Positions 12,101 to 23,380 of a stretch of DNA of 64,000 nucleotides are shown here, piece by piece. Origin of the DNA: Bugula neritina (Eukaryota > Animalia > Bryozoa); NCBI GenBank assembly GCA_964035545.1, contig OZ037765.1, forward strand, positions 9,620,698-9,684,697, read 5' to 3'. The position numbers and the translations under genes are program-made. Position 1 is the first letter of the stretch; each line of letters begins with the position of its first letter. The notes beneath the pieces are model-generated. The model saw only the letters and a program-made list of their open reading frames with translations. It was not told where the DNA came from and did no database searches.

Positions 12101-15100
12101 TATTAAATTTTTTTTCGTACCTTGAATTTAATATGTATAAAGCTAGCCCATCCACTATTTTACATGATTTATATATTTAAAAATAACAAATACAAGGGAG
12201 AATTGAAGTTGTGGAGTTGAAGTAATGGAACAATCTTTGCAGAGGTTATAATTCAGCAAAATTTTACTTTCAAAGCTATTACCTGGCAAAGCGAAGTTTT
12301 TTAAAGGATTGTCTCCCATCACCCAACCATTACAAGCCATAATATATTTGGCTGACTGTTCCATATGTTCCACATCGTCGTCTAGACTACTGGGAATGTA
12401 CCCATTCTTTTTGTTGATAAAATACCTAAAAAGAAAACATAACAGCCCCTAACAAATCTTGCTGACAACTATTTGAATATGTTGTCCATAAAAAAAAAAC
12501 TTTGATGACAAAAATGTGCATGCATTTTAGCAAAATATAATAGTGAAAACCCTATAAAGCTGATTAGAGGTAGGTGCAGTAATGGATAAATTGAAAAGAG
12601 CCTGTGTTCTAGATTAGAAATATAGCAAGAGAAGTTATGTTTTAGCGAAAACTTCAACCTGCGCCTCAGACCAAGATTAATAAAGAAATTTAAAGAATTT
12701 AGGCTATCTCAATTTCTCCACTACTGCTCCTAAATGGCTGATTTAATATTAAAGGCCCCATTTTACTCAATTCACTTTATTAAAAAAGGAATAGTGCTAG
12801 CTATAGAATATATAAACAAGATAATTGTAATGTGCAAAAAATAAACCGTGCAAATGAATAAACAAAGTACCACATAATTAGGCTACACCTACGTCTGCAC
12901 AAGAGGGTTTCGAAGTGTAACTTGGCCAATTTTTTCACCATGTTCATGAATGAACCTGTACAAAATGCCTTGTATAACATTGTTGATGGCTGCATCTAAA
13001 TCAAGTTGCACTTTCGCCCTTTTCTCTTCATTCAAATGCACTAACCGCTGCTCAAAGTCAGCTATAATGGCAGCAATGATATCATCTTTCGGTTTGGAAG
13101 AAATTTCTCTGAAATAAATCAGAAAACATCAGCTTGTAAGGCAGCAGCTAGTATTGCCAATTATTTTTCAGACTAAATTATGTAAACAACTATTTTGGTT
13201 TGCATTGTCAACTGGGCATACAGTTGATAACTTGTAGAATTCATACAATTAGATACACTGCTCCAGCAACTTTGAGTAAATTATCTGTATATACGCAGTG
13301 ATTGTTATTGAATGCAGATATAAATCAAAGCCTACTGCATATTAATAAGCTAAAAAAAACACAACAATACAACTAGACCAGAAAAAGTTCGCTACTATTT
13401 ACAAATTTTGGGAACTTGATAATAAACTGTATAGAAGACACTTAGAAAATGCATATGCATATCTATGTAAAAAAACAACAAAAGTCTAAAATATAATAGT
13501 ACAGAAAACACGAAGAAAGAGAGGTTTCTGATGACATACAAAAGTTGGTTTGTGTAAAGCAGCAAAGCGACCTTGACATCAACGCTGCTATGTTCTCTTC
13601 TAAAATGAACATCCTGTTGAATTGATAGGTTGGTCACTGCGTTCTGTTTGATATGAGATAGAGAACCTGGTACAGACAGCTTTACACCATCTATAGCTTC
13701 TGCAATCACAGTAAATTATGAAGGTGAATGTAACTTTATACATCAGTTTTCTATAATTCCTTCATAATCCAGCTAAAGCCAAAAACAAGTGATGTTTTAA
13801 AACAAACCATGAAGAGCAGAAAGGAACTTGCTGAGTGTCTTATCTATATCTACTGTGTAGTACTGATGGAGCTGTAGCTTGTTCACCTCTATCATTAAAT
13901 AATCTTTTAAACTCTAAAATTACACAACAATCATATATTATAGTATAACAAGTTCAATTTGAAAGCTGTCGCACATCATTGAACAGTATAACTCTTTTCA
14001 TAAAATGAAGTTTGAATGCATAGATTTTTCAATAAAAAGAGTACACCAAAAATTTTTTCCCAATATAACGAGATAGATTCGGTTGGTAAAGCGCACTTAT
14101 ATGAAAAGACTTTCCATTGGGATATCTATAGTAGAAAAACAAACTTGTAAGAAGAAACATATTTTATAAGTGACTCTTATGAAAGCGAGCAAAACGAATG
14201 GCAAGTATATACGTTGGATTTTAGTATGACATATTATCACAGCAAGCAGCCATGCGATAATATGTCATAATTTTTGAACATTTTTAATTTCAAGAACTGA
14301 GTTACAGCAAAGATAAGTAGTTGTTTTTTGGTGAACAGATTTCATGCTAACACAGCTCTAAAGTGCTATAGCACAAGATGCACATGGCACACAGCTAACA
14401 GTCTTACATCAACGTGTTGTGGACGGTCAAGTTTTGCAGGTATACCAATATTTTCTAGCTGATCAGTAGCCACTTTAAGAGAGATATAATAGACAAGTCT
14501 ATCCAAGAGATAAGCTGGTTTGAGATGTGGGCTATTTTGTAAGTTGTAGGAAGCCTCAGGGTGCTGTTTTATCCAATCAGAATCGGATGCCGTGTGATTG
14601 TAAACCATGTCTGTGATGGACAGCATTTTCCACTCCTCCCTGATAAACTTTATCAAGTTATTGATATGGTCTCGGGTACATGGAGAGTCTACACAACATG
14701 AGTATGGAAATAGCATGGCAGTCAAACTTATATTAAAGGCATAGAAAATTAGTATAATGTTCACATGCACTGCAATTGTGTATATTATTTCAATGCAACT
14801 CAATCAACAAGGTAAACGTATAAAACTATAATGATCTAACATTTTAACTGAAGAAATTTGCATTTTTGATTCTTTACATTTCATTTTGGACAACGAATCT
14901 CATGTTTCAGCATTAAAATCATGTTGTATGCTAGGATTTGGCAATCTAATTTTGCCATTAAAGATTTATGTCGCCCTAAACGTATAAAACATATTGTTAT
15001 TACAAAAGATATATAAAAAAAATTTCAACTAATATTTACACTTACCTGCAGTTGAAAAATTAGGATTCAGTGATAATTGATCATAAATAGAATAACTAGA

Positions 15101-16384
15101 CTTTGACTGCTTGTTCAGACTTTGCAGAGGAGCAAAGTGAATCATGTTATATCCAGCTTGGTGAGACACCTCCAGTCTCTCCTTCCATTGTGTGACAGGC
15201 CCAAGTAGCTTGGGTAGTACAGTCTGTAGCTGTATAGCATCCAGACTGAGGAGACAATCATCTTTACCAACAGTTAAAATAGGATCAACAAGAAAATACC
15301 CAGATCCAATGCAATCATCTTTGCTGCTGCTAAAAGTATGAATTTTAAGTTTTTACAACGTGTATTACTTGTATTACACAAGCAATTTATTTTAAAAAAA
15401 CAAGAAAAACTAAAAATAATGTATTTGCTAGATGTTCCAACTGTCAGGCAAAAATGTCACCAGCACAAGACTATTGACAACACAATGAAGAGAACTTGTA
15501 ATGAGCAAAATAAAATAATGCTCTGCACTTAATTACAGAGCTTTTATATACTCATAGTTACCTCTCAGCTGTACAGTAATAGTAATGATAAACCCCAGCA
15601 GAATGGATGACTAGCTCTTCAGTGATGAGCTCATAGCCCTGAAAATTCAAATCATTTAATTGCCATTTCAGCTCTTCATAATGTTCTTGAGTGACAGGTA
15701 GTTTTCGAATATCAGGTGACTTCAGGTGATTGCAGAACAATCGAACATTTTCTGTTGACAGTACTGACTCACAAGTAAATCTCAATTTCCAGCCTACAGT
15801 TTCAATACAGCAATACGGTTGCATACATTATTAATACATTTTTATTAAAAACAATCAAGGTACAAACAGCTGAAGTAGGTAAACATGATGAGTAATATAC
15901 AGACCATATTTTCTACCCAAATGATACAAGCAGCACAATAGCGCCTAAAAGATATACTTATGAATGCTTCACTACGTAATAGAAACAAGCTTCTACTAAA
16001 AGTTGGAGGACAACTAATAACTTCAACTATACTTATTAAAACATTCATTTAAAAATATAATGCTTACCTCTCTATTTATTGTGAAGAATATTTTGCTTAC
16101 TGGAAAATTTGGTCATTTAGTATAGTATTCATGTTAAGAATATTGGTAGTTTTAAATCTATATATAGCAAAACTCGTAATAAATGTACTGGCTTGGTTAC
16201 AAAGACAAAACACTATATTAGAAAATCGTGTAAGTATAACAACAAACACATCTACTATATTTTTCACTATTATTACATTTAGTGTTACTAATTTAAAATA
16301 ATTTTGAATACCGATTTTTAGACGATATACATCAGTGTTGTTTGCAACACTCTTTAGAATCAAAACACAGCTTTGATTTTCCAT
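167..16384 (-). CDS. AGL: Glycogen debranching enzyme (amylo-alpha-1,6-glucosidase/4-alpha-glucanotransferase), multi-exon; last exon(s) lie left of the window
   Basis: ATG at 16384 ([11 protein letters not shown]). Exons join in phase via GT-AG introns, e.g. 16312-16384, 15562-15793, 15046-15329, 14408-14688 ... 410-630, 167-264. Hallmark motifs: [117 protein letters not shown]. Confidence 0.97.
1900..2630 (-). pseudogene. Decayed transposase N-terminal fragment (Sola2-like), left arm, interrupted by an insertion at 2060-2340
   Basis: ORF 2322-2579 reads [27 protein letters not shown] and resumes after the insertion with LAQQAS... It resembles the QxLTLAPxxWxxxxxxxxFxVxxY...FxxDxxSRxxPG region recalled for Sola2-type transposases. 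No catalytic domain is present. Confidence 0.6.
2060..2340. mobile_element. 281-bp nested insertion in the left arm of the foldback element
   Basis: Absent from the mirrored right arm. Flanked by the 8-bp direct repeat TAATTGTT (2052-2059, 2341-2348). No clear TIR. Confidence 0.55.
2810..3270 (+). pseudogene. Second, mirrored, more decayed copy of the same transposase fragment (right arm)
   Basis: Reverse-complement similarity to 1900-2630. Translates in pieces as ETSPLK..., [49 protein letters not shown], with stops and frameshifts. Confidence 0.6.
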
Positions 16385-17099
16385 GTCATCTAGTCAGCCA
16401 GACACTTAATTTTAGAGTTTTAAATAGTTTTTCACATTCTCATCTACAAACGAGTACAATTAAGTTTAGACAATGATATTAAGAAACAAAATGCAACAAA
16501 ACTAAAAACTTTTAAAAGCCCATTAACAGTGGAAACAAGAAAGTCAGAGAAATCTCCACAGCATGCAGTCTAACTATATAGAACAATAGCAATTATTGTG
16601 GTAAACTTTAGCTGTATTCATTGTATTATATCATGCACCCTGTCTGGACATGGGTTTTTCTTGTTTTCTTTGTTCTGTGTTTCTGAATCATATAATTAGG
16701 TTACATAATCTTATGGCTTGATTGCTGGCAGTGGGAACAGAGGTCCGATTCGACAGGGGGCGGAATGCTTCAGAAGAGTGAGTTTGACTGGATCGCCAGG
16801 CAACACTACAACTCTCTCTTGTAATGGTATTTTCCATAACTAGTATAATCTTTTTCTCATTATTTGTATAGAGCTATGCCTGGGCTCCTGTAATAGCAGG
16901 CACTCTAATAAACGTATTTAACTCTTTCTTCAATTGGTTCTATTGATACAAAAAGTGTATGTTCTAGCGGGTTGCATTAGCTTTCTAGGACCCACCCGAT
17001 TTTGTGTAGCAGCCTAGATACATGGCACAAAATTACTACACTATTACCAAAACCATACCCAAAAACATAGGCTTATAGACTTAGTGTGGTTGACACCTA

Positions 17100-17850
17100 G
17101 TGATAGATTTATTGCCGGAGTGAGTTTTGTCGATCTAACAATTACAAATTGTAATAATGATAGTAATGGTATCATTATTATTATAGTAGAACAAGTATAA
17201 TTATAATTAACAGGGATTGTGTAGGTATAAGTTACAGTGCCAATAGAGTATAGACAATACTTATACTCAATGTGAGTAACGGAGACTCAGACTGATATTC
17301 ATACTAGATACAGTACCAATAGTAATAGTAATAATAATACTTGAAGTTAATACAGATAATTGTTAATAAATTAACATCAACATTTACTGTAAGTGACATT
17401 GTCACTCTAGCCAATGTAAATAAATGATGAGCATAACTATAAAAGTAAGTGTCGGTCAGTGGGACTGTAACACTACCACCATTAGTAGAAGTAGTGCTAC
17501 TGCCATTAACTGTAGGTGTAACACTAACTCAGTTACACAGTTAGTTTTACTGAAGTGTTAGCAACTGTTACTGTAAAACTAAGAGTAAGAGTAAGTATGA
17601 GACTTAGAGTAAGTCCTGGTCTAAGTGAGTGAGTTGGTAAGACTGATTAATGATTAGGTTAGAGTAATACTAATATTATTATTAAGAGTTGGAGTAAGTG
17701 CAACTGTGACTAGCACTATCACTATCACTATGGTAATAATAACTAATGAGTCTCAATCTGAATATGAATGTCTTAGTTTAAAGTTTACTTTTACTAGTAC
17801 TTTAGTCTAACTCTAAGTCTTAGAGTTCAGAGGCACGCTCAGACTCAAGG
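17100..17850. repeat. Degenerate period-3/6 low-complexity tract in the putative first intron of AGL
   Basis: Runs such as aagagtaagagtaagtatgagacttagagtaagt, cactatcactatcactat, aatagtaatagtaataat. Confidence 0.6.
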
Positions 17851-17972
17851 TAAATAGAAGTTTTCTTGCACACTTTACTGAAAATAATTCTGAATAGAAG
17901 AAAGTCTTCCAATCAAGAAGAGGTCTTGCTGAGTCAAAAAGAAGCAAATATTTTAATTTGACACAAGTTTAC

Positions 17973-18289
17973 CTGCAACTTGAACTTGCAAGGTCTGCAG
18001 AGGCCAGAAGGCGAAGAAGTCCAATGCCAGTGGCCAATGAAAAATGAGAAACAATAATCATAATACTGTCGTTCTGATTAAAGCCTAAGAGTTGTTTTCT
18101 CTTTTCATATAATAAAGATGCTTGTTTATAATAATTCCGCTTTTCATTAAGCGTTCTAGTCGGGCGGGCTTCACAGCGTCTTACCAAATTTTGCACTACG
18201 TTCTAATTTCACCATAAACCGACCGTTCATTTTTACCCTTGAAAATTAGTTTCCGCCATTTTGGCAAGCCACACTGGAAGGAAAATAGG
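17973..18289. promoter_or_regulatory. Probable bidirectional promoter and 5'UTR exons shared by AGL and the SR-protein gene
   Basis: CpG-containing patch in otherwise CpG-poor DNA. Minus-strand donor CAG|GTAAAC at 17972 (putative AGL non-coding exon 1). GGGCGG at ~18161. YY1-type CCGCCATTTT at 18253-18262, just upstream of the ATG at 18290. Confidence 0.55.
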
Positions 18290-21200
18290 ATGGCCGATGA
18301 GAGGCGTAAGCCTGTGGTTGTCCAAGTGACAAATATATCTCCAAATATTACTGAAGATCAAATAAAACATTTTCTGGAATATGTTGGAAGAGTCAAGGAA
18401 ACAAAATTGTATCCTGAAGGCGATGGGTAATAGTAATTCTAATACTTTAACTTTATACTTGAGATTAACTCGGACTTCAGAGTGAGAGTCTCAGTCTAAG
18501 TCCGAGTCTCATGATTGATTTTTATTTTTGTTTCAACTTAAAAAAGATTAAAATACTTGATAAATTTTATTTTGAAATGGATGTTGATGTTTTAGTTTAA
18601 TTTATGTTATTTTTAACTTTGACTTTCACTCTTCCACTGTTGAGTTTTAACTGTGAGTGTTACTGTTACTAACAGTGTTAGTGTAGACTTTGTCAGTTTG
18701 TGTTTTACCTTCACCTTGTTAAGTTTTAGTACCCTTTACTCTATAATTATATATAAATGAAAACCTCACTGCTGACAGATTGTAAATTTGTCAGCCAATT
18801 TGTCTGTTTGCCCGGTCACCATTTCTTTTGCTGTAAAGTAATAAACTTCAGCTGCTTTATTAATATTATTATAGTTCATTACTATAAGTATAAGCCAAGC
18901 TACAACGAATGTTCTCAGTTTAATCTTGAGAGTTTTGCTGGATCAATAGTATGTTTTTATTTAGAGATCCAAATCAGACAAAGGTAGCGTATGTCAGGTA
19001 CGAGTCTTCAGAGCATGTAGAGGTTGCCTTACATTTAACCAACACAGTTATGGTGGACCGAGCTCTCATACTTGTCCCTTATCCCGATGGTAAGTTTGTT
19101 GGTGTAGATTTTACATGAGCTCTCGTCAATATATAGATTCTAAACGAAGGTATAGTCTATATGCTGGCTGATTAGCTAACCCTATAGATTATTTAAGCAT
19201 TGCATGATGTAGCAGTTTGTAATTGTGTTATGGCTTTTTGCTAAATCAGAATCATTCTGATGCCTTATGTATCTCTATATAGTCTAAAGTTCATGATGTA
19301 TTGGCTGCATTCAGTATAAAATAAGCAGTCGAATAGGTAATGTTTGCTATTGGTTCGATTCAACACTTTGTAATGCTGCAAGTCTAATTATGTACTTGTT
19401 AAGCGTAGGGCCACACCGTGCGAATTTGATTTGAGGAAATACCCAGCGGGTGTGACCTACCACACACGTTTCATCATTGAAAGTGAACAACTACTAGCTA
19501 ATAATATTTGAGTTTAACTTTACTGCTTGCCTTGTTTTTATGGCTACATGTGCGGGATAAATTAAATTTTCATTATTAAATCTCACTTGCTTTCAATAAA
19601 ATGCCGTTTAGTGGAATGTAGCACTAAATTAAGAAGAATGGGTTCGCTAAATAACTACCAGCCAATTAGGTAACGACGAAAGAAAATATTCGCACTTGCC
19701 GTTCAGCATTCTCAACTTGTCGAATTCGTTTACAGTGGACACCTTTTTCTACTTCTACTTTCTTTGACTGAAGAACAATTTTGTTCAGACTGACTCTGAC
19801 AATTATTTTATTTAAGGTTGTTTGTCTTTTGAGGATATATTCTAAACAAATTGACATATTCCAAATGTTCCCTCAATATTTGTGTAGAGAATATACCAGA
19901 TGAAATGAAGGCGCTGAGAGTTGCGGCTCCCATGAGCACAGTAGCTGGTATGCTTCCACCTACTCTAGAATGGCCTTCTAATGTAGTAAATATGGTAAGT
20001 TGGCAGATAATTCAGATACAGCTGTGGCAGTAATGAACATGGTTTAGTAAATTTTTTATGAAAAACCTTTGTAATTCATTATAACTACATTCGTAGGTAT
20101 GTGGGTCCGGTTCATCGCAGACAATACACACTATTGATCCCAAGTTGATTGAGCTTGGACTGCCCCAATATCCTAATCTCCCGTCAAAAACTGACCCTTC
20201 TAAGGTAGAAGAGATACGGCGTACCATATACGTCAGCAACCTCGATCCTGCGGTATGTATTGTCAACAGAGCATCTGTTCAATATTTAGTAATTTTTAGG
20301 TGCAGTGTTTGAATTTGTATGCAGGGTACCGATTGTATTCTTCAATCACTATCAATAACTTCAAATAAGTTATAAATATATGGTAGGCTGTTTATAATCT
20401 ATATGGAGTGCTTATATTTCAACTATTCACTAATTTGTTTACTAAACGAGCCACCTTTTCTTTTGTGTATCTGTAGCAGCTGATCGTAACAACTATCTAC
20501 CGAATGGTTGCTGATAGAACACTGTACACAGTTATACTATACTCTGTACTGATAACTGATTGGTTGTACTGCTATGTCCATTGGTCCTTCTCTCTAGACC
20601 ATTGACTCTCAATATATGACTGATGTGCATAAATATCTCATGATACCTTTGTTTCATTTATGAAACATCCTATTTGCTTTTTAATAAGTGTTTTGCATTT
20701 TGGTTGCTATGTACAACAACTTTTTATTATTTTGCTCAATCGTTTTTGCCAATCATTTTTCATCTTTTGGTAAGTAAGCATATCAGGAGATAGTTGTCAT
20801 GTGTGTAGACAACTTTCCTCTGTACCCAGTATTAATACACTTATTGTGTGCCACAGGTGAATGCTGAGCAGCTTGTGCAATTTTTCTCTCAAGCAGGAGA
20901 AGTGATGTACGTAAGAATGGCTGGTGATGAGAACTTACCTTCGAAGAATGCATACGTTGAGTTCACTAGTCAGAGATCTGTACCCATGGCACTAGCTTAT
21001 AATGGTGTCCTTATGAATAATAGACATTTAAAGTAAGATGCAAGTTACCCAATATGTGTTTTTTTATTTTCTGTGTTTGAATCATGAGTGAAAGTTTTAG
21101 AAGTTGCATCCCTGGTGATAAAGAACGATTTTCTAATAGTTGCATCTTTAAGTTGTACTTGCTCTCTACAAACTATGCATATTTTTTCTGCTCGGCCTAC

Positions 21201-23380
21201 AGGTGCAGCCATTCTGTTAGTGCCATTGAAAACAAACCTCAGACGCAAGCACAAGAACTGCTTAGTAAGGAAATAGATGAAGCAATGAAGAAATTTAAAG
21301 ACGTGGAACATTTGATTCATTCAGACAAATCCGGTTCTAAAAGTAAGATTTTCGGTTTTTCTATTTATTAATGTTGGACCATGATGCATTAAATGGCACT
21401 GGAAAGTTTAAAAATGGACAATTTCTTATACGAGTCATGATTGTTTCAGACTCGAAGCGAGGCCGCAGCAGAACTCGTTCTCGGGAACGCAGAAGACACA
21501 AATCTAAAGAGAGGCGTAAATCACGGTATGCTGTGTGACTGCTTATTTGAGTTTTTTATGTAGTACCAGTAGTAGTAAATTGCAACAATATGTATGTATA
21601 AATTTTGGTTAAAAGTAGATTATTTCTATATGTAGAGAAAGGAAACGCTCTCTATCACCTAGAAAGAGCAGTCGGCGATCGTCGAGGTGGGTGTTCATTG
21701 TTAACTCTTTTATGGTGTAACAGTTGGGTTTTATCAAAAAAAGTGTTGTTTCACACTTATATAATGAATATTGTTTTTAGAGAAAGAAAAAAAAGATCGA
21801 GGTCTAGGGAACGGCGGCGTAGCCGAAGTCGTGAACGAAAGAGAAGTCGTAGCCGAGATAAAGAACGAAAGAGAAGCCGTAGTAAAGATAAAGAACGAAA
21901 AAGAAGTCGTAGCAAGGATAAAGAACGAAAGAGAAGTCGTAGCAAGGATAAAGAAAGAAAGAGGAGTCGTAGTAAGGATAAAGAAAGAAAGAGAAGCCGT
22001 AGCAAAGATAAAGAACGAAAAAGAAGTCGTAGCAGAGATAAAAAGCGCGAGAGGTAGCTATCATATCAAATATCGGGCTATTTTAGCATTTTTGATTTTT
22101 CCAACAAATAAGATTTGTTTTTTAACAACTATTTTTGTAGATCACGTGATCGAAGAAGGAGGTCTAAATCAAGGGATAAATCTAGACGCTCCAGGAGTCG
22201 GGGTAGAGACCGAGATCGTGAAAGGTGGGTGGTTGTAGAAGTATTTTTATTTTTCTATGCTGAAGATATGTAAAATATGTTTGCTGTAGGCCGTGGGGTG
22301 TGAAAGAGAAATTGTCTTTACACTTGCAATGTTGCCTAACAAAGTAGTAATTGTAATTGTAAGTTTTCTAATGGCATAGAAGTATCTCAGGTTCTTGAAA
22401 ATAAATTTTAATGTTGAAAGGCGAAACAGAAGTAGGAGATCCACTTCTAAAGATAAAGACCGAGTCCGATCTCGAGATGAAAGTAGAAAAAGTAAGGAGA
22501 ACGAAGAGAAAAATGGTGTGAAAGTTAAAAGGGATTATGATGCTGAAGAAAAAGGTGAACAACAACTAGAGATTAATGCAGTCTGTTGAGTCTCCTTCTT
22601 GAGAAATGTAGTTCTTTGATATTTATATACGATAGAGCTCCAATATATTTTATGTTCTAGACTCTAGAAGTTATTCTAGTCAACACATATGACTTCATTA
22701 ATCATCTAGCAATAGAATTCAAATATAATGAATATAATCTTTTGAAGTACTAAGGAGTACATTTATTAAATTTAATGAATATTTGCTTGCAAGAAACAGC
22801 CTCGATTAGCCATGAATTTCAAAACAAAAAAAGTTGTGTTTTTACACCAACCACATAGCATATCTACCAAATTATTTTCCTAGACAGTGATATAATTATT
22901 TTCCAATTAAAGTGTTGAGTGATTACAGTCTAATTTACTCGGATTGGATATTGGTTAATAATATGATAAAATATATGTGCTTATTGCACTTGATAAGCTT
23001 TTACGTATTGAAAACCCAGGAAAATTGTCAGTCATTTCTATGTTCAGTCTAAGTTGCCAGAGGGCTAATCACATTCATCATGTCTACTGGAAATTTAAGT
23101 TCACAATTTCAAACTTTATTTTCATTGATTAATAGATATGAATGATGGTCCTGGTAAGACGGTGAAAGAAAATGGAGATCAGGAAGTTGAGATGGTAGAA
23201 AGTGTTCCTAATGGCACTAAGAACGATGTTTCAGATGAAGAAAGTGAGGTCAACGATACATCAACTGACTTGGATAAGTCGGTTGCTGCCGTGAAATCGC
23301 AAGATCCCATGGCTGCCCTAGAGAAGGCAGCAACTGGTGAAGCCATGGAGATAGATACAGGAGATGATAGTGATGCCTAA
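18290..23380 (+). CDS. SREK1: SR splicing factor of the SRSF11/SREK1/Srp54 family: two RRMs, RS domain, acidic tail; 12 coding exons
   Basis: MADERRKPVVVQVTNISP; HLTNTVMVDRALIL; YPNLPSKTDPSKVEEIRRTIYVSNL; FFSQAGEVMYVRMAGDE..AYVEF; long RS region; VKRDYDAEEK; stop TAA at 23378-23380. Likely the single invertebrate co-ortholog of SRSF11 and SREK1. Confidence 0.93.
20477..20769 (+). other. Candidate poison (PTC-containing) alternative exon in SR-gene intron 4
   Basis: Branch-like CACTAAT (~20428), pyrimidine tract and TGTAG acceptor ending 20476. In-frame TGA at 20603-20605. TTG|GTAAGT donor at 20770. Confidence 0.55.
21842..22051 (+). repeat. Coding 30-bp tandem repeat x7 encoding RSRS(K/R)DKERK in the RS domain
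   Basis: Units start at 21842, 21872, 21902, 21932, 21962, 21992, 22022; consensus agaagtcgtagcaaggataaagaacgaaag. Confidence 0.9.

Noticed and set aside
13930-14330. Intronic stretches with old-transposon texture (also ~11300-11540, ~36650-37230, ~57420-57800)
   Set aside because: No termini, TSDs or coding relics could be established by eye.
19200-19265. Possible box C/D snoRNA (ATGATGT...CTGA with GCA/TGC stem) in SR-gene intron 2
   Set aside because: Box C is imperfect, the stem is 3 bp and no rRNA guide could be recognised; chance level in AT-rich DNA.
19405-19745. Possible Harbinger-like MITE (gggccacaccgtgcgaattt ... gaattcgtttacagtggacacc)
   Set aside because: Inverted match too degenerate and no TSD could be defined.
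21757-22238. Antisense and alternative-frame ORFs over the RS domain
   Set aside because: Shadows of the 30-bp coding repeat.
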